Assembly: GCA_964245235.1 (NCBI GenBank)
Contig: CAXTLS010000013.1
Location: 564-64,563 of the forward strand
Length of the DNA: 64,000 bases
Origin: an uncultured Acidobacteriaceae bacterium
GTDB taxonomy: Bacteria > Acidobacteriota > Terriglobia > Terriglobales > Acidobacteriaceae
Direction: 5' to 3'
Numbering within the stretch: the first letter of the stretch is position 1; every line of letters begins with the position of its first letter. Shown here in pieces: positions 54,515-62,817 of this stretch. Position numbers and translations under genes: made by a program. The notes under the pieces were generated by a model. It was not told the origin of the DNA. It made no database searches and worked only from the letters and a program-made list of their open reading frames with translations.

Positions 54515-55602
54515 CGGCTCTCCTCCTTCTGCTCGTCTGATCGCACCTCGGCGTCGTGCTCAGGCGAGTCAACTATATCGCCATCGAACGTTGCCTGACC
54601 CTTGTCATACGACGGGGGAAGCCCCGATATCCTGCCGTCCACCGGAGTCGTGTCTACGTCGGAACTGTCGCCATCGCCCTGCGGCTCCGTTGCCTCACGC
54701 TCCTCTTCAAGGTTCGCGCCTGTAATGCTCTCTGCGCTGGACCGCACCGTATCTGCCATGGGTATCTCCTCCTGGATTGGCTCGGCATCTGCAAGCTCAC
54801 CGGCTATCTTTTCAAACTCTTCGATGCTGGGAAGCTCGTTGATGTCTTTCAGCCCGAAGCGTAGCAGGAAGTCTCTTGTTGTCTTATAAAGTATCGGCCG
54901 CCCGATCACCTGTTTCCGGCCCGCGGTGGTAATCAGCTTGCGCGTCAGCAGGGAGCCGAGCACGCCGCCTGAATCCACACCACGGATCTCCGAGATCTCC
55001 GGGGCTGTCACCGGCTGCCTGTACGCGACCACCGCCAGCGTCTCGAGTGCCTGCAGGGTCAGCTTTAACGGCGGCTTCAGCGACTTCACAAAGCCGCGCA
55101 CCGCGTCGTGATACTCGGGCTTAGTTGCCAGCCGGTACCCACCTGCTATCTCGCGAATCTCGAGTCCCCGGTCGCCCATAGCGTAATCGCTGATCAATTG
55201 CTCAAGCAGGCTGCGGAAGTAGTCACGCAGCCGCACGGCACGCGCTCGCTCGTCACGTGCGACCTGCTTTTTGTCAGCATCTCCGTCTCCAACCCTGGCA
55301 GCAGAAATCCCTTCCAAGAGCGTCGGAGCAGCGGTCGGCGACTCACCGCTTTCCGGCAACCGGCTGCCGTCAGGTAGGACGTCCTCAATCTCGTCAGGCT
55401 CGAGCACCTCGTCGTTCAGCAAGTCCGGCTCTGCCGGCGTATAGCTTCCGGCCGCCTCGTCCAGCGCGAGGCTGCGCTGGGCAGAGTCAAGCCGGTCGAG
55501 TTCCGCCTGCGCCTCGTGGCCCAGCAAACAGGCAAGTTGCCCGAGGGTAACGGGCTCTTCAGATGCGTAAATTACCGCTTCGATCTTTGCTTTCAGGCTC
55601 AA
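54511..55602 (-). CDS. scpB: SMC-Scp complex subunit ScpB
   Basis: IEAVIYAS, AGGYRLAT, ALETLAVVAYRQPVT, IRGVDS, GRPILYKTT..FL..FGL. Confidence 0.95.
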   Translation of the reverse strand: MSLKAKIEAVIYASEEPVTLGQLACLLGHEAQAELDRLDSAQRSLALDEAAGSYTPAEPDLLNDEVLEPDEIEDVLPDGSRLPESGESPTAAPTLLEGISAARVGDGDADKKQVARDERARAVRLRDYFRSLLEQLISDYAMGDRGLEIREIAGGYRLATKPEYHDAVRGFVKSLKPPLKLTLQALETLAVVAYRQPVTAPEISEIRGVDSGGVLGSLLTRKLITTAGRKQVIGRPILYKTTRDFLLRFGLKDINELPSIEEFEKIAGELADAEPIQEEIPMADTVRSSAESITGANLEEEREATEPQGDGDSSDVDTTPVDGRISGLPPSYDKGQATFDGDIVDSPEHDAEVRSDEQKEESR

Positions 55603-55698
55603 GGCTTCACTTTCAGACTAGCGGTGTCGCAGAACGCACTCCTAAGCATACCAACGCCGCTTATGATGAAGTTCACGTACGCCGACGGAGACCGAGAG

Positions 55699-56841
55699 AT
55701 GGACCGCAGGACACTGCTCACGACAGGGCTTCGCGCCGGTGCCGGATTAGCCGCGACGGCTCTTTCCACTCACCTCGCATGGACGCAGCCCGGGACCTCC
55801 AAGGACATCACCGGCATCCACTCACTCAAGTCCCACGCTGCCGCGCGAGGTCTGCTCGCCGGCTGTGCGGTCGACATGCATGCCCTTCAGAGCGACGCGA
55901 TCTACCGCCAGACCATCGTCGACCAGTACAGCATCCTCGTCGGCGAAAACTGCATGAAATTTCAGGCGATGCAGCCGAAGCCTGACACCTATAACTTCAC
56001 CGAAGCCGACACCCTGCTCGCCTTTGCCCAGGCGCATGGCATGAAGCTGCGTGGGCACAATTTCGTCTGGCACGAGGCGCTACCCGCATGGTTCGCCGAT
56101 ACGGCAACGAAGGAGAACGCACGCAGGATCCTGACTGATCACATCTCGACCATTGCAAGCCGGTACAAGGGCAAGATCCACAGTTGGGACGTCGTGAACG
56201 AAGCAATCTCGATCAAGGATGGTCGGCCCGACGGCCTGCGCAGTTCCTCCCCGTGGTTTCAGCTGCTCGGCCCGGAGTACCTGGAGATCGCCTTCCGCAC
56301 TGCCCGGCAGGCCGACCCCACAGCCCTGCTTACCTACAACGACTACGACATCGAGTACGACGATCCGGACCAGGCAGCGAAGCGGGCGGCGGTGCTCGGC
56401 CTGCTCCGTCGACTGAAAGCTGCCAACGTTCCTCTCGATGCGCTCGGCGTTCAGTCGCACCTGCATGCCGGCGGCACCACAGGCTTCACCAAGGGACTAC
56501 CGGAGCTGATGGCCGGAGCTCACGAGCTTGGCCTGCAGGTCTTTGCGACCGAGATGGACGTGAAGGATGACGGCGTGTCCGCAGACGAAATGCCCGCACG
56601 AGACCAGGCAGTCGCAGCTGTCTACGCGCGGTACCTGCAGGGAGTCCTGCGCTCTTCCGATGTGAAGGCGGTTCTCACCTGGGGAGTCAGCGACGGCCAC
56701 ACCTGGCTGAATCAGGGAACCAAGTTCCGCGGTCAGCACTCCAGCCGCGACCAGCGTCCCCTGCCGTTTGACCCGGAGTACCAACCGGCCCCTGCATTCT
56801 TTGCCATGCGCGATGCATTCGATCGTGCACCGCCCCGCTAA
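55699..56841 (+). CDS. Tat-exported GH10 endo-1,4-beta-xylanase
   Basis: DRRTLL signal; ENCMK, RGHNFVWH, WDVVNE (acid/base), YNDY, QSH, TEMD (nucleophile), TWG. Confidence 0.93.
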   Translation: MDRRTLLTTGLRAGAGLAATALSTHLAWTQPGTSKDITGIHSLKSHAAARGLLAGCAVDMHALQSDAIYRQTIVDQYSILVGENCMKFQAMQPKPDTYNFTEADTLLAFAQAHGMKLRGHNFVWHEALPAWFADTATKENARRILTDHISTIASRYKGKIHSWDVVNEAISIKDGRPDGLRSSSPWFQLLGPEYLEIAFRTARQADPTALLTYNDYDIEYDDPDQAAKRAAVLGLLRRLKAANVPLDALGVQSHLHAGGTTGFTKGLPELMAGAHELGLQVFATEMDVKDDGVSADEMPARDQAVAAVYARYLQGVLRSSDVKAVLTWGVSDGHTWLNQGTKFRGQHSSRDQRPLPFDPEYQPAPAFFAMRDAFDRAPPR

Positions 56842-56877
56842 CAAGAAGGAGGCCCGTCATTACGGCGGGCCTTCTTG
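56842..56877. terminator. Hairpin between convergent xylanase and pit
   Basis: CAAGAAGG.GGCCCG...CGGGCCTTCTTG. Confidence 0.65.
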
Positions 56878-56902
56878 GACGGTTATGTTTCTACTCTAGC
56901 GT

Positions 56903-58522
56903 CTACTTCGCGATGGTATTGAAGAGACCGAAGAGGCAACCCGAAAGCAACGCAGCAACCGGAAGCGTCAGCACCCATGCCAGCGCGATGTCCCGTAAAG
57001 TCGACACCTGCAAACCGCTCTTGTTCGCCGCCATCGTTCCCGCCACACCTGAGGAGAGCACGTGTGTCGTACTGACCGGCAGACCGTAGCCATCTGCTGC
57101 GAGGATCGTCACCATCGCAACCAGCTCCGCCGACGCGCCCTGCGCATACGTCAGGTGCGTCTTGCCGATCTTCTCGCCGACCGTGACCACGATGCGCTTC
57201 CAACCGATCATCGTTCCAAGACCAAGAGCCAGTGCCACCGCTACCTTGACCCATGTAGGGATGAACTTCGTCGATTTGTCGAGGAACCCTTTGTAGTTGG
57301 CGAGGACCTTCTTATCGTCCGCGCTCATCTTCGGTCCCAGCTTTGGCATAAGACGGAGCGTCTCGCTGACCAGGTACATCTGGTTGCGAACGTTCGCTTG
57401 CATGTCGGCAGGCACGCTGCTCAGCGCACCGTACGAGCTCGCCTCGTTACGAATGTCGGTCACCTGCTGCTGGAGCGCAAGCATAACGCCGGGCTCATAC
57501 TTTTTCGTGCTGATAAAGTGTTCAAGCTCCGGACCGGAATCCTGCAGCACCGAGCCAGGCTCGACATAATTGCCCAGTGTGCCAGCAACCTCTGTGGAAA
57601 CGGCCGCAAACGTTTGAACCTCCTGTGCATTCACCGTATGGTTCAATGCGTATGCGGTCGGCACCGTGCCGACCAAGATCAGCATGATCAGACCCATGCC
57701 CTTCTGGCCATCGTTTGAACCATGGGCGAAGCTGACGCCAGTGCAGGTCAGCACCAGTAAGGCGCGGATGTAGAACGGGGGTGGTGCCGTGCCCTCTGGC
57801 GCCTTGTACAGACGAGGATCCTTGGCGACCAGTTTGAACAACAGGAAAACCAGCCCGGCGAGTACAAAGCCGACCACCGGCGAGATGAGCAGCGCCTTGA
57901 AGACCTTGGTGACCTGCTCCCAGTCCACGCCAGCCGTTCCGGAGTTGCCCTGCATCAGCTGGTTTGCGATACCGACACCAAGGATCGAGCCGATCATGGT
58001 GTGCGAACTTGATGCCGGAAGACCGCGCCACCAGGTTGCGAGGTTCCACAGGATGGCTGCAACGAGCAGCGCAAACACCATCGAGAAGCCCGAACCCTTG
58101 CTGACCTTGAGGATCAGCTCGACAGGTAGCAGTGAGATAATGGAGAACGCGACCGCACCCGAGCTGGTCAGAACGCCAAAAAAATTCCATATACCGGACC
58201 AGACCACGGCAATATGCGGCTCGAGCGAATGCGTATAGATGACCGTCGCAACCGCGTTTGCGGTGTCATGGAAGCCGTTCACAAACTCGAAGCCCAGGGC
58301 TATCAAGAGTGCAAGGCCGAGAAGAATGAACGGAAACACCGTAGCGTTGTGGACAACCGAAAGATCCTTCGACAGCTTTATGGCGATGTAGATCAGGCCG
58401 CCCAGAAGCATGATTCCGAAGACGACTCCGCCGATTACGCCCGGAGAACCTTTCTTCAGCTTCTCGTCAAGCAACGAACCGGAGGGTACAAGTGTGGGAG
58501 CCATATAGAGGATCGCCTGCAT
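56903..58522 (-). CDS. pitA: Inorganic phosphate transporter, PiT family
   Basis: NGFHDTANAVAT, PASSSH, HGSNDGQKGMG, PVSTTH; start at 58522 or 58504. Confidence 0.92.
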   Translation of the reverse strand: MQAILYMAPTLVPSGSLLDEKLKKGSPGVIGGVVFGIMLLGGLIYIAIKLSKDLSVVHNATVFPFILLGLALLIALGFEFVNGFHDTANAVATVIYTHSLEPHIAVVWSGIWNFFGVLTSSGAVAFSIISLLPVELILKVSKGSGFSMVFALLVAAILWNLATWWRGLPASSSHTMIGSILGVGIANQLMQGNSGTAGVDWEQVTKVFKALLISPVVGFVLAGLVFLLFKLVAKDPRLYKAPEGTAPPPFYIRALLVLTCTGVSFAHGSNDGQKGMGLIMLILVGTVPTAYALNHTVNAQEVQTFAAVSTEVAGTLGNYVEPGSVLQDSGPELEHFISTKKYEPGVMLALQQQVTDIRNEASSYGALSSVPADMQANVRNQMYLVSETLRLMPKLGPKMSADDKKVLANYKGFLDKSTKFIPTWVKVAVALALGLGTMIGWKRIVVTVGEKIGKTHLTYAQGASAELVAMVTILAADGYGLPVSTTHVLSSGVAGTMAANKSGLQVSTLRDIALAWVLTLPVAALLSGCLFGLFNTIAK

Positions 58523-58820
58523 ATCAGGATAAGTGCGTGCCCCTAAGGTAGGCGACGATTGCAAAGGGAGTGTTACAGAAGCATGAAGTATCGCTATATA
58601 GCAGTCATCCACGGGCAGATCACGATCCGGTACTATCCTGCCGTCAACCCAACTGCGCCCTACCCCTCGACCCGCAGTAAAACTCCACCACGCTCGAAAT
58701 CTGCTTATTTGATTGCTGGCCAGTGGCGGTTCTATGATTCATCCTTCGGCGATTCATGCTTCAGCCCGGATGATGCGCCGACCGGAATGTCATGTCCTGC
58801 CTCGAAAGGTTCAACCTGTC

Positions 58821-60380
58821 ATGAAGCTTCTGAAGATCGCCCCTGCCTTTGTCGTGTTCCTAATGCTGTGGATCACGTTCTCCCACGCTCTTCTGGCGCA
58901 GGATGTAACCTCGGCGATGCTGCTGAAGCCACCCGCTGACAGCTGGCCGAGCTACCACGGCGACTACTCCGGCCGGCGCCACAGTAGCCTGACCCAAATC
59001 ACCCCGCAGAACGTTAAGAACCTGGGCCTCTCCTGGATTTTTCAGACCGGCGGGACAGCGACCATTAAGTCTTCTCCCATCCTGGTCGACGGCGTCCTGT
59101 ACTTCACCCTGCCCGACAATCTCTGGGCGATCGACGCACGATCCGGCCACCAGCTCTGGCATTACACCTATCCACCCAACAAGGGTGACCACATCGGCCA
59201 GCGTGGCGTCGGTATCTACAAGGACTGGATCTTCTTTACCTCGCCCGATGCGCACCTGATCTCGCTGAACGCCAAGGACGGCACGGTGCGCTGGATCGTT
59301 CAGATTGCAGACGTCGAGAAGGGCTACTGGGCCACCATGGCGCCTCTCATCGTGGGCAACCACGTCATCGTCGGTGTCGGGGGCGATCTGGATAATCTGC
59401 CGACCTTCGTCCGATCGGTCGATCCGGATACGGGCAAGACGCAATGGCAATGGAATGTCACCCCGCCTGCCGGAACCAAGGAAACAACCACCGGGGGCAC
59501 CACATGGATGGCCGGAACCTATGACCCCGAACTTAACCTCATCTACTGGGGAACGGGCAACCCGACCCCTGTGCTTACCGGCGTCACGCGTCCAGGCGAC
59601 AATCTCTATACCTGCAGCATCGTCGCGCTGAGCCCCGATACTGGAAAGCTGGCGTGGGCGTTCCAGGCCTCCCCGCATGACACTCACGACTGGGACGCCG
59701 TCGAGACCCCCGTGCTGGTCGACGCCGACTTCCATGGCCAGCCACGCAAGATGCTCATGCAGACCTCGCGCAATGGCTATTTCTTTGTGCTCGATCGGAC
59801 CAATGGCAAAAATCTCCTGACAACGCCGTTCGGGCCCGTCAACTGGACCACAGGCGTCGATAAGCAGGGCCGTCCTATCCCCAGCGTCGCAAAGGAGCCT
59901 GCTCCGGATGGGCGCCTGATCGCGCCGGATGAGGGAGGCCTCACCAACTTCAGGTCGCCGAGCTTCGACCCGAGGACAGGCTTGTTCATCGTCGACGCGC
60001 GCCCCAGCTGGAGCCTCTACTTTTCAAAGCCGGCCGATGGCACCTATGGATGGGCGGGAGGCGACTACAGCCTGTGGAGCAAGGGCGTCATTGAAGCCAT
60101 TGATTACCAGACCGGAAAGCTACGCTGGACCCATGAAGTAGGTCCGGGTGGATCAGGCGCAGGCGTCCTCACCACTGACTCCGGCCTGACCTTCACCGGC
60201 GACGCCCATGGAAATTTTCTGGCATTGGACACCAGCGACGGAAAGACACTCTGGCACGCGGGTGCAGGCGCGGGCATAGCCAGCTCTCCCGTCACCTACG
60301 AGCTCGATGGCAGCCAATATCTGCTGACCAGCGGCGGCGGGGTACTATTCGCCTGGAAGCTGCCAAGCGCGACTCCATGA
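58821..60380 (+). CDS. PQQ-dehydrogenase-like beta-propeller, 'acido-empty-quinoprotein group A'-like
   Basis: Signal peptide, W.SYHGDYSGRRHS.L.QI, YDPELNLIYWGTGNP, PHDTHDWD; lacks the vicinal CC of type I quinoprotein alcohol dehydrogenases. Confidence 0.85.
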   Translation: MKLLKIAPAFVVFLMLWITFSHALLAQDVTSAMLLKPPADSWPSYHGDYSGRRHSSLTQITPQNVKNLGLSWIFQTGGTATIKSSPILVDGVLYFTLPDNLWAIDARSGHQLWHYTYPPNKGDHIGQRGVGIYKDWIFFTSPDAHLISLNAKDGTVRWIVQIADVEKGYWATMAPLIVGNHVIVGVGGDLDNLPTFVRSVDPDTGKTQWQWNVTPPAGTKETTTGGTTWMAGTYDPELNLIYWGTGNPTPVLTGVTRPGDNLYTCSIVALSPDTGKLAWAFQASPHDTHDWDAVETPVLVDADFHGQPRKMLMQTSRNGYFFVLDRTNGKNLLTTPFGPVNWTTGVDKQGRPIPSVAKEPAPDGRLIAPDEGGLTNFRSPSFDPRTGLFIVDARPSWSLYFSKPADGTYGWAGGDYSLWSKGVIEAIDYQTGKLRWTHEVGPGGSGAGVLTTDSGLTFTGDAHGNFLALDTSDGKTLWHAGAGAGIASSPVTYELDGSQYLLTSGGGVLFAWKLPSATP

Positions 60381-60476
60381 TGCCTGGCCGGCCTGCGTAC
60401 CTGACTCGTCATAAGCAAGGCAGTTCGAGCCGGGCACGCTGCAAAATATAGCTCACCGAGCGAGCTCTCCGGATGA

Positions 60477-60917
60477 CTAAGAAGACGGCGGCTGCTGCGA
60501 AACGGCAGGCTGCGCAGAAGTCTTCTTAGCGGTTGGCTTTGTATTGACAGACCTGACTGCAGCGGCTTTCGTCCCGGAACGAGGTACAGACGTCTTTGCA
60601 GCAGATGGCGTTTTGCGTTCCGCCTTCGCGGCCCTCTTCGATGCAGCAGGCTTGGCAGCGATCGAAGGAGCAGCTATACGCTTTGCCTGCTTCACCTTAT
60701 CCCAGCGTGCCTTCTGCCCCGCTGCCATCTTCGCCCGTGCCTCATCGCTAAGACCGCGGACCGCCGGTGTCATACTTACTTTCTTCGCTGACGTAGTACC
60801 TGCAGGTCGCCCACGCTTCCGCGTGATAGTTGTCTCGGTACCTACCAGAATGGCTCTGGCCTGTTGCAGCCGACCTATCTCAAGATCGAATTCGCGCAGT
60901 ATCTGATCTAAGTTCAT
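60477..60917 (-). CDS. Small very basic protein with a coiled coil, AT-hook and Lys/Ala/Pro tail (candidate nucleoid-associated protein)
   Basis: GGAGG RBS; RKRGRP; LSDEARAKMAAGQKARW; histone-H1-like tail. Confidence 0.8.
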   Translation of the reverse strand: MNLDQILREFDLEIGRLQQARAILVGTETTITRKRGRPAGTTSAKKVSMTPAVRGLSDEARAKMAAGQKARWDKVKQAKRIAAPSIAAKPAASKRAAKAERKTPSAAKTSVPRSGTKAAAVRSVNTKPTAKKTSAQPAVSQQPPSS

Positions 60918-61253
60918 GCGACCTCCGTAGTTCAGCATAGCTCACAGTAAGTCACGCAAAGCCTGCATAAAATCATTGTATCTATTAGAGTTCCATTCTC
61001 GGCAACAATACAGTTGAGCAAAGATCAGTAACTCCAGCCTGCACCTTTGCATACAAGAGACATGCATCCCAAAGCTGAGCAGGAACCAGTGAGGTCCTTA
61101 CTGGTATGAGTAACAGGTCGCCTGATAACCATGCTGAAGATGCTGTGCCCCGTCCCGGCATGTGTTCGAATGCAGGAGTGCGCGCATAGATCGGCAATCC
61201 ATCAGAAACGACACATCTTCCGAGCGAGTCGTCTGTCAGCGAAGGAAATCATC

Positions 61254-61508
61254 ATGGCCGATCGATCATTGTTCTCCCCGACGATTCAGCAGAGCCCTTG
61301 TTGTACGCGATTGCCAACGCCAAAACCTCGATTCGTATCAAGATGTTTCTCTTCTCAGACCCACGCTCATCAAGGCGGTGATCGCCGCACAGCATCGAGG
61401 TCTGGATGTACGGGTGATGCTCAATCCAGAGCGGCGCAACGGCGAAAAGGAGAACGGCGATTCTCGTAAGGTCTCACGGATGGCGGAGTTCAAGTCCTCG
61501 ACAGTAAG
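61254..61508 (+). pseudogene. Frameshifted, truncated phospholipase D/cardiolipin-synthase-like gene
   Basis: Joining frames gives ..IIVLPDDSAEPLLYAIANAKTSIRIKMFLFSD/PTLIKAVIAAQHRGLDVRVMLNPERRNGEKENGDSRK/.TDGGVQVLDS, needing about three frameshifts and ending before any HKD motif. Confidence 0.75.
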
Positions 61509-61555
61509 TTTTCCCGCCTTGTTGTTCTCGCCGACCACCCAACAGAAGCCGCCAT

Positions 61556-61585
61556 AAAATAAACGACCAGCCAAATTGGCTGGTC
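61556..61585 (-). terminator. Rho-independent terminator downstream of the 35-aa peptide gene
   Basis: Minus strand GACCAGCCAATTTGGCTGGTC followed by GTTTATTTT. Confidence 0.75.
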
Positions 61586-61629
61586 TCATCAGTGCCTCAG
61601 GGAGTCGTGCCGTACAGTACAGTCCCTCA

Positions 61630-61737
61630 TTAGTTGAAGTAAATCGTGTACAGCGGATGACCACCGAATATCGTGATCGTCAGGTGATACATGTACATGG
61701 CTACCATCGCAGCCATAGGACCCCCAGCAACTATCAT
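61630..61737 (-). CDS. Unannotated 35-aa hydrophobic peptide MIVAGGPMAAMVAMYMYHLTITIFGGHPLYTIYFN
   Basis: Read by hand; AAGGAGG SD at 61747-61753, 9 nt before the ATG; terminator downstream. Confidence 0.65.
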   Translation of the reverse strand: MIVAGGPMAAMVAMYMYHLTITIFGGHPLYTIYFN

Positions 61738-61910
61738 CGTTTTGTCCCTCCTTTTCGTGAATTTAAGTTCTGCTTCTTAGGACCGAAACTTCTTCGCGTA
61801 CGCCTAACACCGGTCAAGCCGAGCCGGTTCCCATTAGTTACGCACCAAGATGTACTTCAGATTCTGGGAGATTGGAAATACTCGAACGTTCGTTACGTAA
61901 CTCGAGCCGC

Positions 61911-62744
61911 CTAGCGCAGGTTTCCCGGCACTGCGGCCTGCTCGAAACCCGCAGCAAGCTTTCGCAGTTCCTCCGCAACTTCGGAACCAGCCAGCGGCTT
62001 CCCATGGCCCGGTGCAAGGATGGAGGGATTCAGCGTAGCAAGCTGCTCGACCGACTGCCCTGCCGCAGTCCAGTCCGATGTGAAGTACGAAGGCGGTCCA
62101 TGGAGCTCCGGCTTTTGTGCGAGAGCCGCCTCAAAGAACGATTCAGGCTTCGTCGTACAGAACGCATCGCCCACCAGCAGCACACGGTCGACTGGCCGAA
62201 AGAAGGAGACGTGACCCGGCGTATGGCCTGGCGTATGCAGAATCTGCCAGCCGGGAAGCTCCGGCAGTTCCTTCAGCCGCTGCAGCGAAGACCGGTTCCC
62301 CGCCTCCACATCCGGCAGCGCCTTTAGCCGCAATCCAACATCAATCGGCGATCGAGGATAGAGCGGCGATAGCAGCGTCATCATGCCGCCGCCCGCGCCA
62401 ACATTTGGCTTCGGGTACGACTGCTGCCCCGTCAGGTACGGAAATTCCAGCGGATGCGCATAGATCGGGATGTTCCAGCCCTCGGCCAGATCCTTCGCCG
62501 CGCTCACATGGTCGAAGTGGCCATGCGTCAGGATCAGGGCGTTCGGCGGAGTCGCAAATTGCTTCTCGGCCCAATTGCGAATCAATGCCGCCGAGAGGGG
62601 CAGCGCTGCGTCAATCAGACTCCAGCTTCCATCCGGATGCGTGACTCCAAATACATTAACAAACGCAATGCGCAGGCCGCGAACGCCCGGTGCGATGTCG
62701 TCCATCGAAGTGACTTGTTCTTCAGGAATAGCGATGCCGTCCAT
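61911..62744 (-). CDS. MBL-fold metallo-hydrolase (YflN-like)
   Basis: THGHFDH, HTPGHTPGH, GDA, PGHG; GAGGAGG RBS. Confidence 0.92.
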   Translation of the reverse strand: MDGIAIPEEQVTSMDDIAPGVRGLRIAFVNVFGVTHPDGSWSLIDAALPLSAALIRNWAEKQFATPPNALILTHGHFDHVSAAKDLAEGWNIPIYAHPLEFPYLTGQQSYPKPNVGAGGGMMTLLSPLYPRSPIDVGLRLKALPDVEAGNRSSLQRLKELPELPGWQILHTPGHTPGHVSFFRPVDRVLLVGDAFCTTKPESFFEAALAQKPELHGPPSYFTSDWTAAGQSVEQLATLNPSILAPGHGKPLAGSEVAEELRKLAAGFEQAAVPGNLR

Positions 62745-62817
62745 AAATACCCTCCTCGATTGCACCCATCAGATGCAGGCGCACGGTCCCAGGTGGGCCA
62801 AAATGAGGGGACGCCGG

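Noticed and set aside
61576-61914. 112-aa plus-strand ORF
   Set aside because: TTG start lies inside a terminator hairpin with no SD; it is antisense to the SD-supported 35-aa ORF.
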